The notes: generated by a model not told the origin, from the sequence alone. DNA of 64,000 nt from Enoplolaimus lenunculus (GCA_030248215.1 JASANG010003984.1:124001-188000), one strand, 5' to 3'; shown: positions 23,363-37,717, numbered from the stretch's first letter. Numbers and translations are program-made.

Positions 23363-23805
23363 ATTTATTCGTTGGCTAGGGTCATTTGAAATAACCGTTC
23401 TTTTAACAGACCCTGCCGAAGCAAAACGAATTAAATAAAAGTGAATTGATTGCACTTATGTGTTCGGGTTGAACATCACAAGGTTGCAAGACTCAGTTTC
23501 AAGTTACAGAAATTCTGGCCAAAAACATAAATTCAGCCTTGGTCACAGTTTTTGAAAAATGAGTAAAGCCTTATTCACACGTGCAAGTTTTGTCGCGGGG
23601 CAGCTTTTAGTAATTTACTGCCTAATTTTAGTTGTATATAATTTGATTTAAAATGTCAAAAAATTAATTCGACGGAACAAACGTGAATACACTTCATCGT
23701 ATTGGCCCAAAAATGAATTGAAAGTTTACATTGCAGCACGCAAAACTGTTACAATTCCATGGGCCGTATGGCTATAGTAAGTTCGGCTTGATGCCTAAAA
23801 ACGAC

Positions 23806-24205
23806 GGCCAATGTAAACAACACGGTCGGAGCAGTATTATAAGGATATTCCTAAGCGTAAGCCTAAGCCTAAGCCTAAACCTAAACGCAAGAATGATCAT
23901 ATTCCTACGCCTAAGCCTAAACCTAAACCTAAACGTAAGAATGATCATATTCCTACGCCTAAGCCTAAGCCTAAACCTAAACGTAAGAATGATCATATTC
24001 CTAAGCCTAAGCCTAAGCCTAAACCTAAACGTAAGAATGATCATATTCCTAAGCCTAAGCCTAAGCCTAAACCTAAACGTAAAAATGAACATATTCCTAA
24101 GCCTAAGCCTAAAGCCTAAACCAGGCAAAAAATTAGTCTAACGCTTAAGCTTACTCTATTCTGGTCCCAGAGAAAAACTCTCCACCCCTGATATTTACAT
24201 GGGCC
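23806..24205 (+). mobile_element. Telomeric-repeat MITE, subfamily B, with an internal 48-bp tandem expansion
   Basis: GGCCAATGTAAA..TTTACATGGGCC, perfect TSD AAAACGAC, ~5 copies of a 48-bp unit. Confidence 0.9.
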
Positions 24206-25730
24206 AAAACGACAAGGAATTTTCATCTTAGTACAATTTAGTTTCGTACAAGTATCCAGCGGTACGAAAAACTATAAACGTAAGCAGGCTTGTGATTAGA
24301 TTTGCTAATTCATACCAGACACTGATGAACTGTATCTGTCTGACTCTTTCACGGCCTGTTTATTAAAATTACTGTACGGTTGCAACCCGTAGGTGTAAAC
24401 CAATTACGGGGTCCGAGAAGATCTAACCCCCTCGCTTTCTGAACAGGGAGTCCAAAAACTAATTGCCCCCGCCACTTTTTGGGTCAAAATAAAAGTAATT
24501 CTATTTCCACAACTGCAGTATCTAAAACAGATCACGAACATAACGTTAACTGAACACTTAGTATATATTTAGTACCCAAACATGTACAGAGCCTAATATT
24601 CAAGTTTCGAAAAACTAAACTCTGAATATACGAGGCCGGTTAAATTCATAAAAGTCTTAATTTCTAACCATTTCTAAGCATTAACTCTACAGATTTTGGA
24701 CGTAAAAGCCATCAGGGTGTGGAAGTGTCATAACTGATTAACAGAGATATAATTTTATAAAGACATTTACTACACAGTTGTGCGCCCCCAAAATATAGAA
24801 TGTTTTTGACATTAGCGACGCTGTTTTCAATTTGAAATCCAACGACCGTTTGAATATTCTAGATTTTAGACCGCAAGAGGCTTAAAGATCAATATATATA
24901 TATTTATATATAATATATAACATATATAATATATAATATATATAATATATATATTTATATATAATATGTAGCATATATAACATATAACATATATAATATA
25001 TAATATATATAATATATATGTGACTTTTGACAAATCTCGAGCAGAATTCAAATTGAATACAGCGTTTGGTGACCGGATTTCGCTTAAATCTTCACTTCAA
25101 CCGAAACCAACAGCGAACATCAGATCTCGCCTGTATTAGCGAAGTTATTTCCGAATCCGAATCGAAAATTTGCCAATTCATCGCACAGAGAAGGCCTTGA
25201 AACCGTCGGAGCTGAATTTTTTGCAACATTTATGTTATGAAATCTATTTTTTCGTCAAAATGATGCTTTTATGTATCGGTTCGTTCACGGTTGCGGGCGT
25301 TGAGACAGACCTGAATCTCGGTACTGCTATACAAATTGTGTTGTTTTTGATAATATTTTTTGCCAAAAGTGTATTACTAACCGCCGATTGATCGAAACAC
25401 AAAGTTGAGGGAAGTTTTGGCCCAAATGCAGGTCAACGAACCCATGTTACACTCAAAGCGAACCGGTATCTGCGGTTCACTCATTGGCTTAGGGGCAGAT
25501 CGAATAAGCCACCTATCAGTTGAACGGTAAGCAAAAATGGACCAAGTTCCGTTCAAAAGTTCAATATAACCTCATTTCAGTGTTTTTTTCGTATCAGTCG
25601 TTAAACTTTAAATTGAAAATTGTTTTTTTAAACCTAAATTTACAATTCTGGTTCAATTACACACGGATTTGATTGGCAAATTCGCTCTGGTCAAAATATC
25701 ATTTACTACACTGAGCGCAGCACAGGGTTG

Positions 25731-25985
25731 CACTGTAAATCGCGGTGAGTTGATTTTAACTCAGGATGAGTTGAATCACTCAGTCTGAGTTAAGACTTTC
25801 AAAACTCAGAATTCTGAGTCAATAAAACTTACTTTGACGTAATTATTCAATTTATCCGAAATAAACTGAGCTCACAGTGAGAATCAATTCAACTCAGAGT
25901 GAGTTCAGGTTAACTGTTATTAACTCAGAAATATAACTAATTGTCTTAGCAGAGTTGATTAACCAATTCATTGGAATTTACAGTT
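25731..25985. mobile_element. MITE family 2 copy (inverted)
   Basis: Reverse-complement similarity to 7621-7876. Confidence 0.75.
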
Positions 25986-26695
25986 TTGCGGTGTGATTCC
26001 GCTCAGAAATTTTCCCATCGCGTAGTGTAAAAATTCTGTCCGCTATAGACTTTTTATCCGATCTTCCAAGCTTAGCTTGCAATTCGACTCGGTAGACTTG
26101 TATCCGAGCGCTTAGTTAAGTTTCAAATCGTATTTGAATTCAATTTCGCTGAACTGGTTTGTTACGGTTAACCCTTATTTTTAAATATAACCAACAGAAT
26201 ACGGGTTATTGCTCAGAAATCGTTTCTGGGTTCCGGCTCGTAGCCAGGTCATATTGAAAGGGGGAGGGGCTAAACGTTGTTTAGCAGGGGCATACAATGT
26301 TTTTGCGATGACTTACAGCAAAATTAAAAATTTTCTGGGGGGTGCTAAATTCTTCCAGGGGCTGAGCCCCACCTGGCCCCCCATGGCTACGGACCGGTCT
26401 GGTTTTTAGACACAAATCATGCACCTTAGCTCTTGGACGTAGCCGGCATTTTGAATAACGATTACATTCTATGAAACTATCTCAAAGTCGTCGTTTGTTG
26501 AGTTACTACCGAAAAAGTGTTTAACACCCCTGGACAAAACTTACAGGAAACCTTGGGCTCCTTGAACATCCCTTGTCCCCGGCAACGTTTGTTGCCTAAA
26601 CTTAGTCCGAAGCTTGCCAATAAATTTTCCTGGTTCTCCAAACAGAACCTTTAAATTAACCTAAGATACCAAAAACCTTTTGAGTGATACCTTAC

Positions 26696-27152
26696 CTGGA
26701 ATGCTTAAACTAGACCGTTTATTAATCTGCTGCTGCGACTGAGGGGACGTATCTTTGACACCGGAATGATGCATCCCCCCAGGCATATGATTAGGTAGCG
26801 CACCCTTGGCCGGTTCACCAGGGGCGCCCAATTGTCCGGCGGGCAGCTGCTTTGACGGCACTGAAATCGTTGTGGTGGTGCCAGTCGTCGAGCAATGATT
26901 TGGCTGCGACGAGGGGGTGCGGGCGGTGATTTCAGGGGTGACGCCGCCTTTTGATACGTTCTGACCGGTAGACGAAGGCACATTCGAGTTAGGAACCGGT
27001 GCGACAGGAGGACACGTCGCGTTGGCGTATGTTATTGCGGATGATCCATGGCTTGTGGAAGTGTTAACAGTTGGTGCCGGGGGCGGAGGCACAATGTTAT
27101 GCATTGTAACTGTTAATTCAACTTCGTTATACGACTGAATCATTTCAGCAAC
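26696..27152 (-). CDS. mpz-1: Multi-PDZ protein exon (PDZ end plus P/S/T-rich linker)
   Basis: TTTCAG acceptor after a ~14.8 kb intron. VAEMIQSYNEVELTVT completes the PDZ. Donor GTAAGG. Confidence 0.88.
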
Positions 27153-30100
27153 CTGAAATCAAATAAAATTGAATCAAATTTATTGCACGCAAAACAAATA
27201 ACAGCCAATGTTTGGTTGACGGGAGTAAACAGTAGTATAAGCATATTTCTAATCCTAAGCATATCATGACCGATGAAACTATACAGATGAATTTATACAA
27301 ATGTGCAATTTATACCCCACAGGTACGTTTGTCACTGCGTAAGCTGAACTGAAAGCAAACCTAAGACTTGGGACTTGTTTTATGCCGGGTCGAACGCATT
27401 CAAATGCTAGCGCCCAACTTATCATGTTTGGGGGCGAAACAATTTTTGAGGGGCATGCGAGGAATTTATAAGGTTTGCAAGTGAGGGAAACCTTATCTTA
27501 TGGGTTACACCCAAGCCTTTTTTGTTATCACCCAGCCCGCCGCCGTTTGCCTAAAAATGGTCCGGATTTGGAATTTTTTTTGCATATTTGATATTCTCAT
27601 GCCCTCCCATCACCAGTTTCAATTATTTTTGCGATGAAACGATTGGCTAATGAGTTATGGCGCTAAATCAGCTATTCAATCAAAAACATTTAACCAGCCA
27701 TCTGTTCGCGAACAATTTCGCTCCATTTCACCAACCCCTTCAAGCTACGTTGAAAATATTTTATGTCCCTTCAGGGGAGCCTTGAGACCATGTAAAGCAG
27801 AATTTTTCAAAAAATCAAATTTAGGTGTGAAATATCAGAAGAGGTCATGATAAGCTCAAATATGCAACAAATTTGCAAATCCGACCTTTTACACAAACGT
27901 CGGCTAGAGGTGGAACAGCGGCAAAGCATTATTCTCCCTATCCTAACAGCCCGTGCATATTTGCACCAAAAATGTCCATAACATTTTTTCAACGGCTTCT
28001 TAAACCAAAATTAATTCAGTATTTTGACTAAATTCCCCAAAATCAATTATCGATTAACGGTGTTGCGCCGCTAAATCGCTTCTAGATTCATATATATTTT
28101 CCTTTTCCAAAATCGAAAAAAAAACAAAAACACTAATTTGACGGCATCCAAACAGCTTCGGTTTTCAGAAAAACGAAAACAAGCTTATTTTTACTAGCTA
28201 TCTCTTCCTGAACCAACGCAAAAATAAAAATCTGATATTTAATATGCATCAAATATTGTTCGCTTCAAAGCGCACACACCGGTCTAATAAAGCAACGTTT
28301 ATAAACAGTTCTATATTCATAGTACTGAACGACAAAAAATATGCCTACCGCGCTCCGTGTTCGAATTCAAATATGAGACATTTCATAATCAGTGTCGATC
28401 AAGGGTGGACCTCGTAAAGTGTGGGGAATGGGTGTATAATACCATCTCATTTTGTTAGGAATTCTATGAAAAAAATTACTTAGCTAATTACATAGCTACT
28501 GAATAATTTTAAAATATGAACCAAATATGAATACAGGTATTTTTTACACGCGGATTTGAAATTTAAAATCATTTTTTCAAAAGAAAAATGCCGCAGTCGG
28601 TTTCGATTTGTGTAAATAATCGTGGTTTAGTAGCGGACTAACATTGAAACCGCCCAAGACGTGGCTCGACAGGCTGAGCGGAAAGGACACACCCCCGCCA
28701 AATACAACTGTCATTCGTCTGGTAAAAAGGTAAAGACACTTATTGGATCGATATCGATTGTTCAGCGTCATATTGAAGCCAATATTTTATTTGCTATTTC
28801 AGGTACAACCCCCAAGCAGTGTTTAATCCTGGTTATTAGTCAGTGCTACCTTGCTAGGGGGGCTCAAAACTTTTTGATCAAGGGACATACAAAAATTTCT
28901 GACGGCATACAAACGAGAGTTGAACCTTTTATAGGTGGCACAAAATTTATGTAAGGGGCACAGCGCATTGACCCCCCTAACTTCTGGCTACCGTCCCATC
29001 CCAATTTGTGAGCCTTTGCGTGTATTAAACAGCAAATATTATAAAACGTTGCCGTCCGTTTTATTTCTACTTTAGGCTTAGGCTTAGGCTTAGGCTTTGG
29101 CTTAGGCTTAGGCAGTATTTTTTTGAAAAAAACCTGTGCAACATAAGATATCTTTAAAACCAGATCACCACTGAACCAGAACCTATACACCGGTTATAGG
29201 TTATACCAGACTAAAAAACACCAAAGCTACGACATTTCGTATCTTTTTTGTTTGCAAGCCTTATCGCGTAAAATACAGTTCAAACGACAGGTTCCGATCA
29301 GGCAACTAACCTCAGCGCTAAGGATGTAGGCAGGATTTAATTTCGGAACGGGTAACAGCCCTTGTAAAACAGCTATTTCGATTTCTAAGTTCCGGAACGT
29401 TATTCTATGGGATGTTAAATGTGCGAGGGATTGTTGTTTCTTCAAAAAATTGTGGGAGTGGGGGTATCCTCTTGACCACCACGTTGCTATACGCCCCTAC
29501 TGAGGTGCAGGGTAGCAAGCTGGTTTTTAGACATGCGTACACGGTTGACAATAATAATTAATCATTATATTGTGGTTACGTTAAGCTGGGTAGTGGTCAG
29601 ATATTTTAAACGGTTTCGCTTTGCACCATTTTTTGAGAATCAATTTGAACTTGAACTACACACAAAACAAATTGTCTGATATTCAAGAAATATTGTCGAA
29701 AACTGAAGGCAATTATGTCTTAATACAGACTCCAGACATATGTCATATATTTCAGACGTTTTCAATTTGAATGTAAGTCTGTGCCACTGTGCCTAAGCCT
29801 AAGCGTTGCAAAGGCGTATTCCTAAGCCTTAGCCTAAGCATAAGCAAAAAATGTAGTCTAGAATGTAAGCTTACTCTTTTACAGACCCACCAGAAACCGG
29901 GACGGCCCTAAAAGTATAAGAGTTGAAATTTCGAGACATTAAAAATTGCAGTTTTTTTCAATTAACCCACCTTCCTTCTATGAATTTTCAATTTCTTCCG
30001 CTCTCGCATGCAAAAATGTTTCTTTGAAGTTATATAGTTCCGGTTTTGGATCCAGTTACAGAGTACGTACGGTTTAGAAATCAACAAAACGCCGTAAAAA

Positions 30101-30264
30101 GTATGCTTAAGATACCAATTGGGCTGTAATTTTGAAAAAAACCCCCAAACCATAATTGAAAAACTGTGTTTCGAGTATTCAAGCCATACCTTTAGCTAAA
30201 CTATCCGTATCAATAGCCACTACGCTGTTTCAAAGACATATTGATTCTGCCCAGAAACCCGTTG

Positions 30265-30760
30265 CATAGGAGTAACTTTTGAGATTCCGTTCATTGACAG
30301 CGATTTAAATTCATTTTATCCATCGAAGATTTGAGCAAAAATACCTCAAAATCGTGTAATTTTTAAATAATTGTCTCAATCATCTGTAAGAAATTTTATT
30401 CAGCTCAAAACGGCTCTACGTAGGAGTCACTTTTGAGATTCAACTCATTGACACGGATTTAAATTTAATTTTTCAACGACAGATTTGACCAAAAATACCT
30501 CAAAATCGTGTAAATTTTAAAAAAATGTCTCAATGATCTGTAAGAAATTTTATTCAACACAAAAAATAGCGCGGCGTATCAACCATATGGCCATATCATC
30601 ATTTGTTATTAATAGTTTTCTTGAATTTTTAAATTTGTAACTGATTTTGCGTAATAATTTGAAGTTTTCTTGAATTTTTAAATTTGTAGCTGATTTTGCG
30701 TAATAATTTGAAGTTTTCTTGAATTTTTAAATTTGTAGCTGGTTTTACGTAATAATTTGA
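30265..30760. repeat. Local tandem duplications (2 x ~153 bp, then 3 x ~49 bp)
   Basis: TAGGAGT.ACTTTTGAGATTC occurs twice and AGTTTTCTTGAATTTTTAAATTTGTA three times. Confidence 0.8.
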
Positions 30761-31202
30761 TTGCCTTGTACAAACGTTAAATAGACCGACCTAATGCTGT
30801 CTGCAGCTTTCACGCGTTGACGTTATCTTCTTGCAGCCGTGGGTTTGTTAAACCTTGCAGAGTTAATTGACTCTCTCCGAAATAGGCTCTACGGGACTAC
30901 ATAAATTGAGTCAAATCTGACTCAGCCAGAGTCAAATTCTACTCACAGCACGTTTGACTCTGGCGGAGTCGAATTTAACTCAGTTTGTGTTGTCCCGTAA
31001 AGCCTATTTCGGAGAGCGTCAATTTGACTCACTATTTTTTGCAGTGTAGTGCTATCGTCCGCTGTTTTTCAAGTTCAGAAAATAGTCCCTAATCTTTGAT
31101 CGATAGGTAAGCTTAGAAAATATTAAACCTTAATCGCCTTAAAAGACGTAGTTCTTTAGGTAAAAGACTGTTATATTACAATATTATGTTTGCCAGTATA
31201 TA

Positions 31203-31938
31203 CACTGCAAAAAATGGTGAGTGAAATTGACTCTCTCCGAAATAGGCTTTTCCTGACTGCATACACTGAGTCAAAATTCGATTCCGCCAGAGTCAAATGT
31301 GCGACTCAGTGAATCGAATTTGACTCTGACGGAGACAAATTTCGTCTACATTGGTGTATCAGGCTTATTTTAAGAAATTTTGACAAAAGCGTTTCGCATA
31401 AACATCGCTTACAAATCAGGGCGTCAGTGTATAGAACAGAGCCTGTAACAGTAGTATATATAAGCATATATTCCTACGGCTAAGCCTAAGCGTAAGAATG
31501 AGCTAAGAAATCAGGGCCAATGTATAGAACAGAGCCTGTAACAGTAGTACAAGCATAGTCCTACGGCTAAGCCTAAGCCTAAGCGTAAGTAAGAGCTTAT
31601 ACCTAAGCCTAAACCTAAGCCATACATAAAGAATAGCATATAAGATTCAGTTTATCCTATTGCAAGTCCGCAGGAAAACGTTCCGTCCCTGATCTTTACA
31701 TGGTCAATAACTTAACCGTTCGTGCATAACTGTGAAGCCATTCGAGTAAGAATATTGCTTTTAGAACAATATATTTCATCGATTTCAACAACGGAAACCT
31801 ATACGTGATGTCAAGATATAGTCACGACATCATTTCAAGAGGGTGTAATGTCAATGGAAGTCGAATTTGACTCAGTTTGTGTAGTCCCGTAGAGCCTATT
31901 TCGGAGAGAATCAATTTGACTCATCATTTTTTGCAGTG
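31203..31938. mobile_element. MITE family 1 copy interrupted by a ~520-bp insert
   Basis: Left arm 31203-~31340 and right arm ~31856-31938, with TA flanks. Confidence 0.75.
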
Positions 31939-32864
31939 TAGCAGTAAATATGTTTTTAAAGTTTTCTGAATGTAAAGGGCAAAGCACAGCAATCTTTAGT
32001 TTCACGTTTAGCGGTTTTCACAAACCTATTGCCACACCTCATCGTTTGGTTATAGGCGGTGTAGGGTTCCTGCCGCCTAAAACTTTCACTCGATACACAA
32101 ATTGTACAGTTGTTTTTACGAATGGCGTAAAACTGAAAGTGACATTTTAGAAGACTTAAATCTAAAATTCTGTTAGCGGGGGTTATCATTTTTTGAAAGG
32201 TCTCAGCGTCTCTGTGGTGATCCTTTTAGCCATGGATCCACAACGGGATCGCAGGCCGTCTAATAAATTAAAACTTTTGAACCGGACCAAAATTGTGTGC
32301 GGTGTCCATGTCTCAACTCCGATTGGTGAACTGTATGATCGCGAAAATATTCATATTTTAGCTTCTGATATTCAGTTGAATAAATTAGAGTTGACTAAAA
32401 AGTATTAGAATACGAAATCAAAAATGATTTGTGCCATGAACAAAATTTAAAAATTAGTTGACTCATATGGGGACAATAGAAGCGACAGATATAGGGTGCA
32501 TCGCCCCTGTTCTAAACGATCACAACTGAAAGTGCACAGTATATGGTTGCGTGTTTTGGACCGTCGTAGAATAAGGGTTGTTTTTCCGGAAAAAATTATC
32601 ATCGAAAAAAAACTAATTTTTTTCTATTTTTTCCCGGAAAAAATGGAAAAAAATGGAAAAACATTTTTTTGATAATTTTTTCCAGCCAACAACCCTGTGA
32701 AGGATACACAGAGCGCATAGGATGCCCAGCATACTCGACGAGCGAGCATTGCGAGCAAATATGTTTGACTCGGTTTCATAAATCACTAAATTTTAATTTT
32801 TTTACTCAAAAAAATATCGGTAAGTAACTTGTGCTATTTTCAACCTCAAATGCCAGAGAAATAG

Positions 32865-33041
32865 GCCCGTAGCCAGCTAACCTTGCTAAAGAAGGAGGCG
32901 GGGGGGGGGCTAAAATTTTTTCAGAAGGGGTGATACGTGAGTTTTCAATGACTTACAAGCAACGTTGAAAATTTTCTAGGAGCCCAACATTTTTCCAGCG
33001 GGGGACTGACTCCCCCCTGGCATTTCCTTGGCTACGGGCCC
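32865..33041. mobile_element. GCCCGTAGCCA-TIR MITE family
   Basis: GCCCGTAGCCA..TGGCTACGGGC. Related copies near 540, 12240, 16817, 36716, 39140, 42880, 48755, 52522 and 59290. Confidence 0.75.
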
Positions 33042-35221
33042 GCAGGCAAAAAAATTGTAGCCAATCAAATTGAGCCACGAGGTTTATTCGAAACCTGTTC
33101 TGTTGTTCAACGTCGGCGGACGCACAAAACCCAAATATCAATTGTTTTATCTCAAAAAGCCAAATTTTGACAGGAACTAAGATCCGGTTTTCGATAGCAG
33201 TCTCTACCAGTTTTCCAACGGAATATCTAAAACTGCGAAATACCATTGGCGCAATCAGAATTCTGGTTTTGCCAGAACTACTTGTATTATACTTAAAAAT
33301 ATATGGTTTTAAGTCTAAGCTAGGATAATTAGTAAACAGAAATAAATCGTTTTAAAGGTCATTGCAGGGGACCATTGCCCTCTTGGCGTCTTTGTGGGGC
33401 TACACCCTTTCGTAAAACTATGGTACCTGAATCAAAAAACCATATTTCTAATATTGATAGACCTATCAAACCCAGACAATACACGTATATAAGTGTATAG
33501 ACTATTTATTTTCTAAAATGGCTAGAAAAGCTTTGCCCCAAAACAACTGTTGCGTATTAAATGTTATATTAAAACAGAATCTATTGCGATTCGTCGGCCG
33601 ACAACTTGTCACCCAACAGTATTCTTAAGACTATGAATAAACCTAAGTATAAACCTACGCATGATCCTGAACCTGAGTATAAACCTACGCGTGGTCCTAA
33701 ACCTAAACCTAGTTGTCGGGCGACGAATTGTCGTGATTTTGTTTCGAAAACTTCAAATGATCAGGCAACGTTCAACCACTCATTGCCCTGCTCATAAAGC
33801 TACTGATTCCACGCCCGGAGCCAGCTCAGCTCATCTTGCTAGAAGTACCGAGCAAAATTTTCATGACGAGCACACAAGGGTTTTCGATGACTTGCAAGCG
33901 CAAAGTTAAAACTTTTCTAGGGACGCCACCACAATTGTTCCAGAGAGCAAAAAATGCTGAGCTCATGCCCCTGGCTCTTTTCTGGGCTGTGGGACCGAAC
34001 AATTTCCGGTTACGGCGGCTCGTAAACGATAATACAAAGTATACTTGACCTCAAATAAGAAGTAATGGCAAAATATACAACAGTCGGCTGTTGTCTGTAA
34101 AAATACAAAAGGCACAAAACTATAACCCTGGTGAATGTTTGAACGCTGAAGCATATGCAAAACGATTGAAAATACCCGAATAATACACAGGACATGTAAA
34201 GGGCTTTAGGTTAATAGAAACCTATATGTAGAGACCAAGCCAATATAGACTACTGCATCAGCAGTTAGCATTCAGTTCAAACCTTCGAAGTATACTAAAA
34301 GCAAGAAAAGCATCAACTATGAACGTCGGCCGTTTTGAAGAACCATAGCTAGGAATTCATTTCGGAAGGGTATGCTAGCTTAATTTGTTTGTCGGCGAGT
34401 GATTTTGGCAGCTTTTGTCAAATGCGGCAGGTTAGACGCCTGGGTTGGCCCATCTGAAATCTTGGGGGCGGCATATATCCCCGCGTATAAGCCACGAAGC
34501 ACAGGCATAAACTATATCGCAACATACACATATACCGGTGAATATAGATAACTCGTGCTGTTTTAGCTAGAGCTGTGTACCGTATACGCGCGTTCTAACT
34601 GCCTGTGGCCGTACCTTGGGTGGGGGGTGAATCAGGGACCCCAGCTCCCCCCAGTACGATATTTGTCTGGTAAAATCACCAGCTTATTGATCATTGTTAA
34701 CGGTTTGCCATATTGTGTGAACACCAATGTTTTAATCGATTTTCTAGGTTCGGCCCCCGACCAATATATGGCTTTCACGCCGCACCTGTGAGAGCGTCAA
34801 GCCAAATTCCGTAGCTATGCATTTTTGGCTTGGCAATATTTATTTAGCACAAGTCAAACATGTCACATACACATTCGTGTACGCGTCGAGAGCACAGGGG
34901 GTGCTTAGATAAGATGTAAATTACGCGAATTTATTATCTCTCACACCGAACTATCAAGCTGATTGATATATACAAATAGGCCCTTTTTGTTAAACCGTAC
35001 ACGGAAAGTTTCGCTATGATTATACTTAATAAATACGCGTGAAACTTTATAGTTGGCTTCAAATGCTATCAGCTTGGCTGATATCTAACTTAGGTTCGTT
35101 CACAGTGATCGTTTATTATCTATTGGATACGTATATACTTCTGATCCCGCCACTGGTAACTATGCAGGCTTGTAGCCAGCTCACCTTGATAGCAGTTTAA
35201 ATATTGGATCTTTTCTGTTAA

Positions 35222-35773
35222 CCCCCATCCGCGTTTAACCAAAAATCGGATTTAAAATTTTTTTGCATATTTCAGCTTCTTATGACCTACCCTGATCATT
35301 CCGCGCCAAAATTTGAATTTTTGAAAAATTCGATTTTTTAAGGTGCCTAGGACTTCCCCCCTTGGGACCCAAAAAATTTTGTGTCAAAAAGCTTAACAAA
35401 TTATATACCATTAGCTGCAGCTTGCGCAGCTGAGTCAAATGGTGTTAATTTTTCCGCAATCAAACGATTGAATAACGCATTATGGTCAACAAAAATAAGT
35501 TCTTTGACCATATCGTTAACCAGACGTCTCATTGCGGAATATTTAACACCATTGGAGACAGCTGCGCAAGCTGTAATTAAGTTTTATATAATTTGTTCAA
35601 CTTTTTGAAAACGATTTTTTTGGGTCCCGAGGGGGGTCCTTGGAACCTTGAAAATCGAATTTGTCAAAAATTCAAATTTGGGCGTGAAATGATCAGGGGA
35701 CGCCATGAGTAACTCAAATACGTTGTAAAATTTTCAAAACCGAACCATTTTTGGGCAAACACGGGCTGGGGGG
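35222..35773. mobile_element. piggyBac-like palindromic MITE
   Basis: TTAA|CCCC..GGGG|ATAA with imperfect foldback arms. Related sequence at ~22440-22830 and ~27525-28060. Confidence 0.65.
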
Positions 35774-36320
35774 ATAACGGAAAAGATCCACAAAATTTTG
35801 AAGAGCAGCATACAATGGTTTTCGTTGACTTTACAAGCGAGACTAAAACCAACTGCAACCACAGTCACATTTTTCATGTGCACCTAAGCCAAACAAACAC
35901 AAGTGTCCCTAATCGTCACATTTTTTGGTTATGAGCCGTAATGGGGGGCGGGTGGCCGTCGCTGCACTCCCCTTCCCTCTGTGCCCGTAGTTACCGACCT
36001 GAAACCATATTGTGTACGGGTCTATATGGTCTACTGTATAGCACCTAGCATCAGTTAGTAATTGGGTTTAAAAACAGTCAAACTTGACCCATTGTGAATC
36101 GCATATTCCATACTGTAATTAGAACAAATCAAATGCGAAAAATGTGCTAAATTTTAAGGCTGAATTGGTAATATATTTACACTGCTATACACATTTTTTA
36201 CAATATGACCATTTTGATTGCACCAAGAACCAGACGTACTATGTTTTTCAAAACATTTCCATTCACTGGTTTGCAAAAGTTACAAGACCTATTCACCAAC
36301 TGTTTATATATGAGCGCTAT

Positions 36321-36496
36321 CGCTCGTGCCACGATCAGGAGCAACGCGTTTTTCGGCGGCACTGCAATAGAGTAAGCTTAAGCTTTAGACTAATGTTTTT
36401 TTCTTAGACTTAGGTTTAGGTGTAAGCCAATGCTTACACTTAGGTTTAGGCTTAAGCTTATACTGTACTGTTACAACTGTGTTCTAGACATTGGCT
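36321..36496 (-). mobile_element. Telomeric-repeat MITE, subfamily B (old, inverted)
   Basis: Degenerate termini, perfect TSD AGCGCTAT. Confidence 0.7.
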
Positions 36497-37289
36497 AGCG
36501 CTATATTCAAGAATATCGGAACGAATGTTAATAGAATTTCAAGCAATAGACATGATAAGCTTGTTTTATCATACGAGCTTGTGAGAGAACAATAATATCA
36601 ATACAAGTATATATAGTGACAGTTCTAAACGGTCTAAACCCTATTGGGTTCTCCTATTACGTATGTACGTATGTATGTATGTATGTATGTATGTATCTAT
36701 GTTAACTTGAACCACGCCCGTGGCCAGCTCACAATTGCTACTGAGCGGCTAACAATTTTTCATAACCGGCATACAAGGGTGTTCAATGACTTACAAGAAA
36801 GGTTGAAAATTTTCTAAAAGTGGCCAATGAAGTTTTTCCAGAGGGGGAGGGGGAGACTGAGCCCCCTGGCATCCTCTGGTACGCGTCTGGTACAAACCAT
36901 AGTCTTGAAATGAACCAAAGATACTTCGCAAGTGCGAAAACCATTGGCAACCGTTTGTCGGTTTGTTTTCTCACTTTCACAAACCGGAGCTGGAAATTTG
37001 ATACATGGATATAATGTTGGCACATGGGAGGGGGGGGCTTGCGCACCCTCTCGCCCAATATTGACCAAAATTGGCATTTTACCCGCAATTGAGATAGAAT
37101 AAAAATAAAATGCTGCAAATACAAATTCTTGGTTTGGATCCCTTTTAAAACGCCTCGCCTGGAATGCCCCCCTGGATCCGCCAGCCAGATTAGGCTAATT
37201 CTTAATAGCAGGCAGGGTCGTATTGTTTACATTCAGCTTAAAACATAAAAACCGTAAACGTTAAAACATAACTATAGCATAGTAATTAT

Positions 37290-37468
37290 GGCCAATGTTA
37301 CTTCAAGGGGCGTAACAGTAGATTAAGCGTAATCCTAATCCTAAGCCTAAGCGTTGCAAAGATGAGTTCCTAAGCCTAAGCCTAAGCAAAAAAACGTAAT
37401 CTAGAATCCGAACCTACTCTTTTATAGACCCACCAGAAGCCTGAACGCCTCTTAAAGTAACATGGGCC
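37290..37468 (+). mobile_element. Telomeric-repeat MITE, subfamily A (near-consensus)
   Basis: GGCCAATGTTACTTCAAGGGGCGT..CGCCTCTTAAAGTAACATGGGCC. TSD GTAATTAT/GTAAATAT. Confidence 0.9.
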
Positions 37469-37717
37469 GTAAATATGATACTCATGAGAATTGAGTATAA
37501 ACATACAAATACAACGATAGATGTTTCGGTTCAAATGGAGTCATGAACATTACAAACACGGAGTGTTTGTTTTATTTCATCTTTTTTGAAACATGGAAAC
37601 GCTTCAGGCCACAGTGGACACTTGGCTGTTGCACCCCAGAGAAATAAATATACATACACACACATATATACATAATACACACATATACATATATAAATAT
37701 ATAATACATATGCATAT

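Noticed and set aside
23731..24141. LSLSLNLN / RFRLRL repeat ORFs
   Set aside because: Translation of hexamer repeats within a MITE.
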